This document shows positions 1-8,698 of a stretch of DNA of 36,016 nucleotides, in pieces. Each line of letters begins with the position of its first letter. Position 1 is the stretch's first letter. The DNA is from Candidatus Andersenbacteria bacterium RIFCSPHIGHO2_02_FULL_45_11. GTDB taxonomy: Bacteria; Patescibacteriota; Andersenbacteria; UBA10190. Made by a program: the position numbers and the translations under genes. The stretch is taken from assembly GCA_001817055.1 (NCBI GenBank), contig MHHP01000021.1, positions 1-36,016 of the forward strand. Direction: 5' to 3'. Under the pieces are notes generated by a model, which saw only the letters and a list, made by a program, of their open reading frames with translations, had not been told where the DNA came from and made no database searches.

Positions 1-89
1 AACGATTGCTTAATACTAGACCTAGAAAGCGGCTTTCCTATCAAACGCCGAACGAGGTTTTCTCTACAAGTTGATATGCGCTTTGGTTG
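1..89 (+). mobile_element. 3' end of an IS30-family insertion sequence (transposase C-terminus, partial at the window edge)
   Basis: Frame 3 from nt 3 reads RLLNTRPRKRLSYQTPNEVFSTS* (stop 72-74). This matches the conserved C-terminal tail (LNxRPRKxLgyxTPxEvF) of IS30-type DDE transposases. It abuts the point where the pyrC reading frame is cut. The right IS boundary (about 75-105) cannot be fixed without the left end. Confidence 0.6.
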
Positions 90-287
90 TTAATTGGCGA
101 GTGCACTGCCTATTTCCCTTTGATATCTGCTCACGTCATCGGGAGTGCAGATTGGTGGATGCGTGTTTGGCATCACAAGGGCGTACGAGAACTGGTCGGC
201 AGTATGCCGAACAACTTGTTTCAGCATGTCGCCTTGTCTGAAATGCACGTGCATATCAAACGGTTTTGGAATTACAAGCGTTGTCAT
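90..287 (-). pseudogene. pyrC: Dihydroorotase (class II, PyrC-like), N-terminal 65-codon fragment
   Basis: PFDMHVHFRQGDMLKQVV..YALVMPNTHPPI...RYQREI aligns with E. coli PyrC residues about 12-70 (PDDWHLHLRDGDMLKTVV..RAIVMPNLAPPV..AYRQRI), including the HxH metal site. The frame stops after about 60 homologous residues, against about 345 aa expected, next to the IS30 tail. Confidence 0.75.
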
Positions 288-299
288 GGGGGGGATTCC

Positions 300-1268
300 T
301 TAGAAAAGTTCACGAGCAGCGCGGATGATACGTTTCATCCGCCAAGGACGAAGAATAGCAACAGATCCGATTTGGACACCATTAGCACCAGCGATTTTTG
401 CTTGGCGTACTGCCCAAGCAGAATCAACTCCACCGCACGCCCAAATTGGTTTCGTAAGGCCGCAACTTCGTGCATTCCTAATCCAATCACAAACGATTGG
501 CAGGAGCGGCCATCCAGATAATCCGCCGCCGCCAAGATCGGCGAGCGGGGATTTTTCAGATCCGAATAATCCATACCAATCAATCTTGTCGGGGAGCATT
601 CCCCAAGGGATTGTATTGGATATAGTAATGGCATCGCACGCAGGATGTTTCGAAACGCGAGCAACTGCCATTGGCGGAACCGTTGCATTAAATTTGCATT
701 GCAGGGGAATATTGAGCGATGCGGCAATGTCGAGTGCCAAACTTGTTTCGTTGATCAATTCAAACGGGTTAAGCCCTGCATTCGGGCAAGAGAAGTTCAT
801 CTCAAGCCCTACGGGCCCAGAAAAGTCAGCGAGATGTTGGTGGAATAACTTCACGAATGTCCCAAGTTCTTGCAGTCGTTCATCTATGGTGCTTTTGACT
901 GACATGAACGAAATAAAGAAGGGTCTAGTTCGCATTTGCCATCCTTGTTTTCCGAAGAGGGTGTATGCACCGGGGCCGGAAAGTCCAACTGCATTCAGAA
1001 GCACTCCTTTGAATGGTTTCACGATAATACATTTCGGTTGATATTCTTTTGGTGTAATACCATCTTCTTTGAGCGGCATATTTCCTGGGCGTTCATCAAG
1101 CGTTGTCGTTTTTGCGACAAAGCCGCAACGATCAAACGTCAGTCCCGCATACTTCCAGTATGCGTGGTATGGATATCCTTCACCAAAGAAGCCTTGGGCT
1201 CCTGATGCATTGCATATTGCCGGGAATGAAATTCCTCGCAACTCTACCACTCCGCTTTCTTCTAGCAT
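300..1268 (-). CDS. Dihydroorotate dehydrogenase-family (class 1-like) TIM-barrel flavoprotein
   Basis: Motifs NASG, TTLDERPGN, NAVGLSGPG, NFSCPN (Cys base as in class 1A), GGGGLSG and CGGV...GANGVQIGS are colinear with Lactococcus DHODH-A. ATG at 1268 is preceded by GAGGAGG (rc of 1271-1277). The track's longer form starts at a TTG at 1349. Confidence 0.7.
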   Translation of the reverse strand: MLEESGVVELRGISFPAICNASGAQGFFGEGYPYHAYWKYAGLTFDRCGFVAKTTTLDERPGNMPLKEDGITPKEYQPKCIIVKPFKGVLLNAVGLSGPGAYTLFGKQGWQMRTRPFFISFMSVKSTIDERLQELGTFVKLFHQHLADFSGPVGLEMNFSCPNAGLNPFELINETSLALDIAASLNIPLQCKFNATVPPMAVARVSKHPACDAITISNTIPWGMLPDKIDWYGLFGSEKSPLADLGGGGLSGWPLLPIVCDWIRNARSCGLTKPIWACGGVDSAWAVRQAKIAGANGVQIGSVAILRPWRMKRIIRAARELF

Positions 1269-1396
1269 GGCCTCCTCGCTTTCTAGTTTGATATATTCAA
1301 TTGGGAAAGGGCGACTTCTGTAGGCTTTATACTGAACAAAAAGCAGCAAAAAAGCAAAGACTTGGTGATAGGGGTTTTCCTGCTATACTTGGCGTT

Positions 1397-2080
1397 ATGC
1401 AACTCATTGCAGAATTTACTCAAACGTTGGCATCGTTTTCCAGTACCGTACCGTTGCCGCTGTTTGTAACACTTGCCGCATTTATAGAAGAGGTGATTGC
1501 GCCTATTCCGTCACCATTTGTGATGACTATATCTGGCTCGTTGATTGCAGCCCAAGGCCAAGGGTTACTATTCCTTGCTGCAATGGCGGTACTGGGGGCA
1601 TTTAGTAAGACTGTAGGCAGCTACATTATCTATTTCATTGCCGATAAATTAGAGGATGTTGTTATTAATAAATTTGGAAGATTTTTGGGTGTTTCGCATG
1701 CTGATACGGAGGGGATTGGGAAGATGTTCGGCAAAGGGATGCGCGATGATGTAACTATTTTCCTCATGCGGGCAATTCCTATTATGCCAACAGCTCCAGT
1801 GTCTGTAATTGCGGGTATTCTAAAATTCGACCTTAAAACATATTTGCTCGCGAGTTTTGGGGGCCTCATTGTGCGCAATCTCTTTTACCTCTATCTTGGC
1901 TATATCGGAATTGGGGCACTAGAATCTATCAATGACAACCTGAAAAGTCTCGAAACAATTGGCTATGTGGTGTTGTTCCTCTTATTGGCAGGGCTAACTG
2001 TATGGTTCTACAAAAAAAGACGAGCTGGAGACCACACTAAAATGTTTGATAGGGGAGAAGAAGCAAAAACAGAAAAATAG
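1397..2080 (+). CDS. dedA: DedA/VTT-domain family membrane protein
   Basis: Multi-TM protein with an EE..API PSP motif near the N-terminus and a conserved R..P..P loop, typical of DedA/SNARE-associated proteins. ATG 1397 lies 7 nt after TGCTATACT (1381-1389). Confidence 0.75.
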   Translation: MQLIAEFTQTLASFSSTVPLPLFVTLAAFIEEVIAPIPSPFVMTISGSLIAAQGQGLLFLAAMAVLGAFSKTVGSYIIYFIADKLEDVVINKFGRFLGVSHADTEGIGKMFGKGMRDDVTIFLMRAIPIMPTAPVSVIAGILKFDLKTYLLASFGGLIVRNLFYLYLGYIGIGALESINDNLKSLETIGYVVLFLLLAGLTVWFYKKRRAGDHTKMFDRGEEAKTEK

Positions 2081-2082
2081 CC

Positions 2083-3132
2083 CTATTTCTTTGAGGTTAT
2101 TTCTTCAAAGAGTCGCAAATAATTATCTACCATAATATCTTCTGTAAAGCGCTCCATTACAGCTGCGCGACAATCCTCGCGCCGTATAGTTGGGATGTCT
2201 GACAACTTTTCCAATACCTCATTGAGCGTGTCGACCACGAAACCAGTTCTACCGCTATCTATAATTTCCGGCATAGAACCTTTATTAAGAGCAATTACGG
2301 GCGTTCCGCTTGCCATAGCCTCAATTACTGATAGGCCAAAAGGTTCAGCAAAATTAATGAGATGCAAAAGAGCGTACGCCCCTCCTAGGATTTCCATTTT
2401 TTTCTTTCCGCCAACAGAGCCGATGTATTCAACTTGAACACCATCCAGGTGGGGTGCAATTTTCTCATTAAAGTATTCTTGGTTTGGTGCAATACCAGCT
2501 AATACCAATTTCATGCCAAATTGTTTGGCGATACTGATTGCTTCGGCAGCGCCCTTGTCGTGATCGATTCGTCCAAAAAGAAGTAGGTATTTTCCTGGAT
2601 TCATCTGAAATGGATAATCAGAAACGCGAATGCCATGATAGATAGTTGCTGCGTATGTAATGTCGGGATGGCGGGCCGCATTACTAATGGCTACGTAATG
2701 GCTAAATGGATTGTATTGTTTGTATATTTCCAATGCAAGGGGTTGGGTATCAAAATCAATACGTCCGCTATGTATAGTTGTTACAATAGAGGATTGGATG
2801 TGGGGAGAAAAATACAAGGGCGCAAAATTCATGTTATTATGAATAATGTCGAAATTATTCGCCTGATCGAGGCAATGAGCGATATGGAGGTATTCCCAGT
2901 AGCGGGCATTTTTTTGGATATCTCCTGAGCCATCAAACTTGTCTTCCTCGGTACCACTAGGAACAATAGCCTCTAGTCTTGCGCTGGTAATGGAATCTTG
3001 GGTGGCAAACAGCGTAACATCTTTGCCCCTTGCATGAAGCCCTTCAGCTATAGATGAGGAAAAAAACTCCCACGGCCCGTAGTGTCGCGGGGGGGTGCGC
3101 CAAGAGGATGTGGATAGAACGGCAACTTTCAT
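2083..3132 (-). CDS. Glycosyltransferase family 4 (GT-B, group 1)
   Basis: C-terminal EPFGLSVIEAMASGTPVIA motif (E-x7-E region) and an N-terminal MKVAVLS..W Rossmann start. ATG 3132 lies 7 nt after TATACT (rc of 3140-3145). Confidence 0.85.
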   Translation of the reverse strand: MKVAVLSTSSWRTPPRHYGPWEFFSSSIAEGLHARGKDVTLFATQDSITSARLEAIVPSGTEEDKFDGSGDIQKNARYWEYLHIAHCLDQANNFDIIHNNMNFAPLYFSPHIQSSIVTTIHSGRIDFDTQPLALEIYKQYNPFSHYVAISNAARHPDITYAATIYHGIRVSDYPFQMNPGKYLLLFGRIDHDKGAAEAISIAKQFGMKLVLAGIAPNQEYFNEKIAPHLDGVQVEYIGSVGGKKKMEILGGAYALLHLINFAEPFGLSVIEAMASGTPVIALNKGSMPEIIDSGRTGFVVDTLNEVLEKLSDIPTIRREDCRAAVMERFTEDIMVDNYLRLFEEITSKK

Positions 3133-3139
3133 AGTGTGA

Positions 3140-3161
3140 AGTATATACGTTGTATGATACT
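3140..3161. promoter_or_regulatory. Back-to-back -10 boxes in the 37-bp divergent GT4/GH130 spacer
   Basis: TATACT (rc 3140-3145) lies 7 nt from ATG 3132. GATACT/TATGAT (3153-3161) lies 8-11 nt from ATG 3170. Neither gene has a Shine-Dalgarno sequence. Confidence 0.45.
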
Positions 3162-3169
3162 TTTTCACT

Positions 3170-4123
3170 ATGACTCAACTTCGAGCTACGCGCTCCCCAA
3201 ACGAACCTATTATTATCCCTCGTGCAGATAACCTGTATTGGTGGGAGCGTAACGGAATTTTTAATGCAGGTGCTACGGAATACAAGGACAATATTATGTT
3301 GATTTATCGAGCATACGATGACTATCGAATGTCTCGGCTTGGGCTCGCTACAAGCAAAGATGGTGTTACCTTCAAGCTATACGATCACCCCATTATTGAT
3401 ACCGACCCTACTGATGAGTTTGAGCGTATCGGTATCGAAGACCCTAGAGTAACGAAGATTGATGATACATATTACATTGTGCATACCTCAGCTTCATACA
3501 AAAAGATTGGGGAAGTGTCAGATGTGAGCCTGAATGATTACATTCCGTGGCGGGTGCGCACAGGAATGCATAGCACAAAAGACTTTAAGCATTTTATTCA
3601 CCATGGAGTTGTGCTGCCCGATGTGCCAGCGAAAAACGCATCCCTGCTTCCAGAAAAGGTCGATGGCGCATTTGCAATGTTGTATAGGGAATTTGTTGCG
3701 GACAGCGAAGTCTTGAAGATTAGTTTTACGCATGATTTCGTATCGTGGTTTGGAGCTAAGGATATACCTTGGCCTGCAAAAGAAGATTGGACGGGCTTGA
3801 AGTTTGGCTTAGGTTCGCAGCCAATTAGTCTACCTCAGGGGTATCTGATAGTATCTCACGGTGTTGACATGAAGGGGGAGTATCGATTAGGGCTCATGCT
3901 GTTTGATAAAACAGACCCAAGCAAATTACTATGGCATACAGGTCCAATACTAGAGCCAGAAACGCCATATGAAAAAGTAGGGTTTGTACCCAACGTTGTG
4001 TATACCTGCGGCGCGTTGGTTCGGGGGGACGAACTTTGGATTTACTATGGTGGCGCCGACAGGGTTATTGGACGTGCTATTCTTTTAGTAAAGGATATTA
4101 CGCAAGCGATTGCGGAGGGGTAG
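3170..4123 (+). CDS. GH130-family glycoside phosphorylase/hydrolase (DUF377-type beta-mannoside phosphorylase-like)
   Basis: Pattern WE..GIFNAGA, YRAYD, LGLA.SKDG, IEDPRVTKIDDTYY, LPEK, GYLIVSHGV, PNVVYTCG, YYGGADRVIG is characteristic of five-bladed GH130 proteins. Confidence 0.8.
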   Translation: MTQLRATRSPNEPIIIPRADNLYWWERNGIFNAGATEYKDNIMLIYRAYDDYRMSRLGLATSKDGVTFKLYDHPIIDTDPTDEFERIGIEDPRVTKIDDTYYIVHTSASYKKIGEVSDVSLNDYIPWRVRTGMHSTKDFKHFIHHGVVLPDVPAKNASLLPEKVDGAFAMLYREFVADSEVLKISFTHDFVSWFGAKDIPWPAKEDWTGLKFGLGSQPISLPQGYLIVSHGVDMKGEYRLGLMLFDKTDPSKLLWHTGPILEPETPYEKVGFVPNVVYTCGALVRGDELWIYYGGADRVIGRAILLVKDITQAIAEG

Positions 4124-5312
4124 GCAGCGGCTTTTTCTTCGCAATAAGGGTTCGGAACAGGCTTAAATGGCTTTGGGCAACGTTTGGCCAGGTCATTAGG
4201 CGGCCAAAGCGATAGGCATTTGCTTCTATAGCTTCTTTCTTCTCGGGGTGTTGTACAAGGTCAAGCACAGCGTTTGCAATAGCCGTGGAATCACGAAATG
4301 GCACCAAGACACCTCGGTCATCGGCAAGCATCTCTTTAGAATAAATATATGGAGTTGAAATACACGCCTTACCCGCACCTATGGCATACGCCAAAGCACC
4401 CGAGGTTACCTGTTGGGGTTCGAGATACGGCGTGATGTAGATATCGATAGTTTTGAGCCAGTCAATTAATTCTGGTAATGGCAAGTACTCATTCACAAAG
4501 CGTACATTGTCAGCGATGTCGAGTTCACGAATACGCTTTTTTAAAAAATTGCGGTACGACTCGCCCTTTTGCCGAACTACTTCGGGATGTGTTTGTCCGA
4601 TAATAACATAGAGCACTTCAGGGACGGTCTTTTTAATCTCCGCCACTGCTTCGAGCGCATACTCTATTCCTTTGTTGCTATCAAGCAAGTTAATGTTGCC
4701 GAGAACAAGCCGGTTACTCATTTTGCGCTTTCGTTTATGGGCGTAGGCAGAGTTAAAGGGAATATCAGGAACGCCATGGGGAATAACAACAATCTTGTTT
4801 CGAGGTATTCCATAGTGCTTCACTAGGCGGTGAGCAATATCTTCCATCATAACAACAACAACCTTGGATTTTTCAGCGATTCTGCGCAAGATCTCCGCTT
4901 GCTTCCCCGTGTAGTCAGTAACTACCGTATGAAATGTTGTGACCAATGGAACTTCCAATGCCTCTACAAAGGGTAAGATATATTCTCCGCATTCGCCGCC
5001 GAAAAGGCCAAATTCATGTTCGAGCGATACTATGTCTGCATGAGACTGGTTTACGTATTCGGCAGCCGTTAGGTATGTTGATAGGTCGTTGTGAGTGATT
5101 TTAAACTTAGCTTCCCAGGGGTATTCAAGGCTTTCTTCTGGGTGATTAATAACTAGTATCTCGGCCAACGAGCGGGTATTCAGCAGGTTAATGGCATTTG
5201 TAAGGTCTTTGGTATAGGTGGCTATGCCGCATTTACGGGGGATATAAGAAGAAACGTAAATCACGTTTACGCGACGTTGCTGTTTTGTAATGATTTGCTG
5301 AAAGTTACTCAT
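4098..5312 (-). CDS. Glycosyltransferase family 4 (group 1)
   Basis: N-terminal VSSYIPRKCGIATYTKDL and C-terminal PYLEPQQVTSGALAYAIGAGKACISTP GT-B motifs. ATG 5312 lies 8 nt after TGCTATTGT (rc 5321-5329). There is a 26-nt convergent overlap with the GH130 gene. Confidence 0.85.
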   Translation of the reverse strand: MSNFQQIITKQQRRVNVIYVSSYIPRKCGIATYTKDLTNAINLLNTRSLAEILVINHPEESLEYPWEAKFKITHNDLSTYLTAAEYVNQSHADIVSLEHEFGLFGGECGEYILPFVEALEVPLVTTFHTVVTDYTGKQAEILRRIAEKSKVVVVMMEDIAHRLVKHYGIPRNKIVVIPHGVPDIPFNSAYAHKRKRKMSNRLVLGNINLLDSNKGIEYALEAVAEIKKTVPEVLYVIIGQTHPEVVRQKGESYRNFLKKRIRELDIADNVRFVNEYLPLPELIDWLKTIDIYITPYLEPQQVTSGALAYAIGAGKACISTPYIYSKEMLADDRGVLVPFRDSTAIANAVLDLVQHPEKKEAIEANAYRFGRLMTWPNVAQSHLSLFRTLIAKKKPLPTPPQSLA

Positions 5313-5354
5313 ACGTTTTGACAATAGCAATAAAGTACCATATAATAAATAATT

Positions 5355-6413
5355 ATGCAACTGCAAAAAGAATTGCTTGATCACTTTAAAGCGATGATGG
5401 GGCCACATGGGTTGTATCAGCATGCAACTATTCGGGAGCCGCTTTTATCCGAAGGATACTGTACAGACGATAACGCGCGTGCAATGCAGATGCTGGTTCG
5501 GCTTACACCACTAATTTCTTCTGACCTAAAGCCTATTGTCCAAACATTGTTTCAGCGTTGCTGGGATTTTATATGCCAAGCTCAAATCCGACCTGGGTAT
5601 TTCACTAACTTTCGCAGTGCAACAGGGGAGTGGTTGCCGCAGGGCTTGGTAGAATCTGAAGATATGTATGCGCGTTTAATACGAGCATTGGTTGAAGTGA
5701 TGCATTCTCCTGCATACGCTCATTATCACGCTGAAGCCGCAAGCATGCTTGAGCCGTTGCTCACGCGTGCTTCCGAAATGAACGCACCTCGATTTTGGGC
5801 GGAGTATTTGATTGCGACCAAAGATATGCCGAACTCAGACCCTAAAGCACTGCAAACGCTGGTAAGCCTATGGGAGCAGAATGCATCAGAAGATTGGCCC
5901 TGGTTCGAGTCAAGTATGACATACGCAAATGCGCTATTCCCGCATGGCTTACTATGCGCACTTCATAAAAAGAATGATGAGCATACTGAGCGTATTCTTC
6001 ATCAAAGCGCCCGTTTTGTTATCAGCTCCACTATTCGTAACGGCATATTTATTCCCATTGGAAGTAACGGATGGTATCCGAAGGGTGGAGCTCCATCAGC
6101 AGATAACCAGCAGGCCATCGAGGCAGGTGTAATGCTTGATTTTATGATCGACTATCAGCGTGCGTATCCGGATCGTGTACGAGTAGAAGATATTGCAGCT
6201 GTGTATTTATGGTTTTTCGGGAAAAATACGAACAGTGTACTCATGGCAGATGAAAAAACAGGAGCGTGCTTAGATGGAATTTTCCTTACGGGCCCTAACC
6301 TAAATAACGGGGCAGAATCTATGTTGGCGTACCAATGGGCAGAGATTCGACTCTATGAAGCATCGCAGGGTGTGCAGCAATATGTAGTAAAGCAGAAATC
6401 GCTTATTTCTTGA
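5355..6413 (+). CDS. Hypothetical protein of the glycan cluster (helical, possibly an (alpha/alpha)6-type carbohydrate-active fold)
   Basis: 352-aa ORF divergent from the GT4 gene, with TATAAT (5341-5346) 8 nt before the ATG. The GYCTDDNARA motif and W/Y-rich helices are suggestive only. No family was recognised with certainty. Confidence 0.55.
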   Translation: MQLQKELLDHFKAMMGPHGLYQHATIREPLLSEGYCTDDNARAMQMLVRLTPLISSDLKPIVQTLFQRCWDFICQAQIRPGYFTNFRSATGEWLPQGLVESEDMYARLIRALVEVMHSPAYAHYHAEAASMLEPLLTRASEMNAPRFWAEYLIATKDMPNSDPKALQTLVSLWEQNASEDWPWFESSMTYANALFPHGLLCALHKKNDEHTERILHQSARFVISSTIRNGIFIPIGSNGWYPKGGAPSADNQQAIEAGVMLDFMIDYQRAYPDRVRVEDIAAVYLWFFGKNTNSVLMADEKTGACLDGIFLTGPNLNNGAESMLAYQWAEIRLYEASQGVQQYVVKQKSLIS

Positions 6414-6966
6414 TCATTCGTCTTCCGAGTAAGTTCGAAATCATAATTCCGATACACACAACAGCAAAATACCCCAGCATAATTTCTGTATAGCTTGCAG
6501 TAAGGCCGCGCCAGCCACCGAGGATAAGCGTGGAATACCACGATGCTGCGGAAACTGCGCCAGCAGAAAATACGATTGGCGATTTTTGACTGAACGCAGG
6601 AGTTGCATATGGTTTGCCGAGGCGTTTTGCAAATAAGGGGAGAACTACGCGATGTAGTACGAATCCGTTGGCAACTAAAATACATACTATTGTCAGCTTC
6701 GCCCACATTTTATCTAGGCTGTACGTATTTTGAACTGATCCGTATCCGGACATATATAAGAAGACAAATCCAAACCCGCTAATCAGTAAAATAAATAAGC
6801 CTATCCACACAACGTTCGCTACGGCCTTGAGTGTTGCAAAACCGTCCTTTGTTAATATTCCTTTGCTTGTAAATCTGAAAAAAAGGTAATCGCTTACCGT
6901 GGCTGCCCCAACACCAAGCGCCGTGCCAATGATGTGAAGAATAATAAGCGCATTTCGAATATCCAT
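6403..6966 (-). CDS. Integral membrane protein, unknown function
   Basis: 187 aa with about 5 hydrophobic helices. ATG 6966 lies 6 nt after TGTTATACT (rc 6973-6981). Confidence 0.65.
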   Translation of the reverse strand: MDIRNALIILHIIGTALGVGAATVSDYLFFRFTSKGILTKDGFATLKAVANVVWIGLFILLISGFGFVFLYMSGYGSVQNTYSLDKMWAKLTIVCILVANGFVLHRVVLPLFAKRLGKPYATPAFSQKSPIVFSAGAVSAASWYSTLILGGWRGLTASYTEIMLGYFAVVCIGIMISNLLGRRMIKK

Positions 6967-6995
6967 GCAAAAAGTATAACACGATAAAAGGGAGC

Positions 6996-7027
6996 AAAGA
7001 AAAATCCCGGCCAGGTGACTGGTCGGG
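6996..7027 (-). terminator. Rho-independent terminator downstream of purC
   Basis: On the minus strand, cccgaccag-tcac-ctggccggg (7027 to 7006) is followed by atttttcttt. Confidence 0.6.
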
Positions 7028-7047
7028 TGTGAGAAAGATCAAAAGAG

Positions 7048-8037
7048 TTACGCGTGAATGTCCATCCACATTTGTTGAAATTCTGCGAGTGCCATTCCAA
7101 CCAGTCTTTGGAAGATGGCATGATACTTATCCGAGGTTTCTTGCAACACAAGTGGTGGCACGAACAGTTTTCTGACGTAATCTTGGTCATCGGAATTGCA
7201 TGGATCAAGTTTTGGTATTCCGAAGCCCTTGCCCCAATTGCGCAGATGCTGCTTGTCGTAGGATGGAGGCGAGGTGCCTGATTCGTTTGCGATTGCCCAT
7301 TCGGCGCTATCCCAAAATCTGCTGGAGTCCGGAGTGCCAACTTCGTCGGCAAGCGTACCAACCTTCGCAAACTCAAACTTTGAGTCAGCAAGTAGAACAC
7401 CTCGGCTTTCGGCGAATTGTGATATTGCTTGGAACGCAACGAGAGATTTGGTTGTAAGCCAGGTACCATGCTCTGCAATCACATCAGCAGTGGGAAGATG
7501 TTCATCGTGCCCCTCTAGTGCTTTTGTTGTGGGGGTAAAGATTGGCTCTGGTAGTTGGGAACCATCATGAAGACCATCTGGTAACCTAATTCCACATACA
7601 TGGCCATGCTCTTTATAGCTAGCCCATCCAGAGCCTGTGAGGTAGTGGCGAACAATGCACTCTACAGAAAGCATGTCGAACTTTTTCACAACAATACATC
7701 GTTTTCGAAGTACGCCACTTTGGCGAAGTGTAGGCGGCAGGAACAGGTCAATCTCATTACCAAAGGCAACGAGGTGGTGAGCGAGACTACCTGGCAGCAC
7801 CTCTGTGAGCCAGAAGATTGTCATCGCAGTAAGGATTTCTCCTTTGCCCGCAATTGTAGCCGGGATTACAAAGTCGAAAATACTCACGCGATCCGTCGCC
7901 ATCACCAGCAGCAGGTCGTCGTGATTAGGGAGAATGTAGGTGTCCCGAACCTTGCCCTTGTGCGACAAGGTGAGACCAGCTTTTGCAAGTGCGGCGGGAA
8001 TAGCAGCCTCGAGGATTCCTTGGGCTGTAGTTGCCAT
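7048..8037 (-). CDS. purC: Phosphoribosylaminoimidazole-succinocarboxamide synthase (SAICAR synthetase)
   Basis: GKVRDTY, ATDRVSIFD, VECIVRHYLTGSGW, FTPTTK, LADSKFEF and DEVGTPDSSRFW motifs. ATG 8037 has AGGAG (rc 8046-8050) 8 nt upstream. Confidence 0.9.
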   Translation of the reverse strand: MATTAQGILEAAIPAALAKAGLTLSHKGKVRDTYILPNHDDLLLVMATDRVSIFDFVIPATIAGKGEILTAMTIFWLTEVLPGSLAHHLVAFGNEIDLFLPPTLRQSGVLRKRCIVVKKFDMLSVECIVRHYLTGSGWASYKEHGHVCGIRLPDGLHDGSQLPEPIFTPTTKALEGHDEHLPTADVIAEHGTWLTTKSLVAFQAISQFAESRGVLLADSKFEFAKVGTLADEVGTPDSSRFWDSAEWAIANESGTSPPSYDKQHLRNWGKGFGIPKLDPCNSDDQDYVRKLFVPPLVLQETSDKYHAIFQRLVGMALAEFQQMWMDIHA

Positions 8038-8167
8038 GAGAGGTACTCCTAGCGAAAAGTTCAAGAAAATTGGAAAGGGTACACGTAGGCACACTATATG
8101 TGTAAGGGGGCGCATGTTGCAAGTATATGCGTTGTCAACGGGTGGTTTCCTCTATAGTATGAGCAAT

Positions 8168-8698
8168 ATGACTGAATCAATATTGGAACCGGACCTTGTA
8201 GGGAAACTCTTTATGTTTGCGCACGATGCGCATACTAATCATAATCTGCGGGGCGAAGATCATGTTATTCGCAGAGGGTTATACCCGTACATTATCCACC
8301 CTATGTGGGCGGCCGGAACGCTTGTTGCAGATCCTACATTGCCGAAAGAAGAACGAATACTTGGGTATCAAATACTAGTTTTGCATGACGTGCTTGAAGA
8401 TACTTCTATAAAACTGCCCGAATGGGTAAGCGAAGAAGTGAAATCCGGAGTGCAGGCGTTAACACATGACAATTGGGAAGAAGAACAAGATGCAGTTACA
8501 CACTACACGCCCTTTTTAAAGCTTTTGAAACTCTGCGACAAAATCCAAACAATGTATGAACTTGCAATAGTAGATCCAAAAAAGGCACATGAATGGAAAC
8601 AGTTAATTGAACGCTTAGTGGTTGATGTTGAGGCGCACTACGGCAAAACGCGCGTAGTCGTGATTGCAAAGGCACTGCTTGAAGATACGGACTGGTAG
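8168..8698 (+). CDS. HD-domain hydrolase, SpoT/Mesh1-like ((p)ppGpp pyrophosphohydrolase-type fold)
   Basis: RRGLYPYIIHPMWAAG...LVLHDVLEDT matches the RxxGxPYxxHPLxVA...LLHDxxEDT signature. The start is ambiguous. ATG 8168 lies 9 nt after TATAGT (8153-8158). In-frame ATGs also occur at 8159 and 8114. Confidence 0.65.
   Translation: MTESILEPDLVGKLFMFAHDAHTNHNLRGEDHVIRRGLYPYIIHPMWAAGTLVADPTLPKEERILGYQILVLHDVLEDTSIKLPEWVSEEVKSGVQALTHDNWEEEQDAVTHYTPFLKLLKLCDKIQTMYELAIVDPKKAHEWKQLIERLVVDVEAHYGKTRVVVIAKALLEDTDW

Noticed and set aside
325-1041. 238-aa plus-strand ORF.
   Set aside because: It is fully antisense to the well-supported DHODH-like gene. It has a low-complexity Pro/Ser/Arg-rich translation and no start context.
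6894-7478. 194-aa minus-strand ORF spanning the purC 3' end and terminator.
   Set aside because: It is out of frame with purC and runs through the terminator hairpin and the neighbouring gene's start. It has no independent support.
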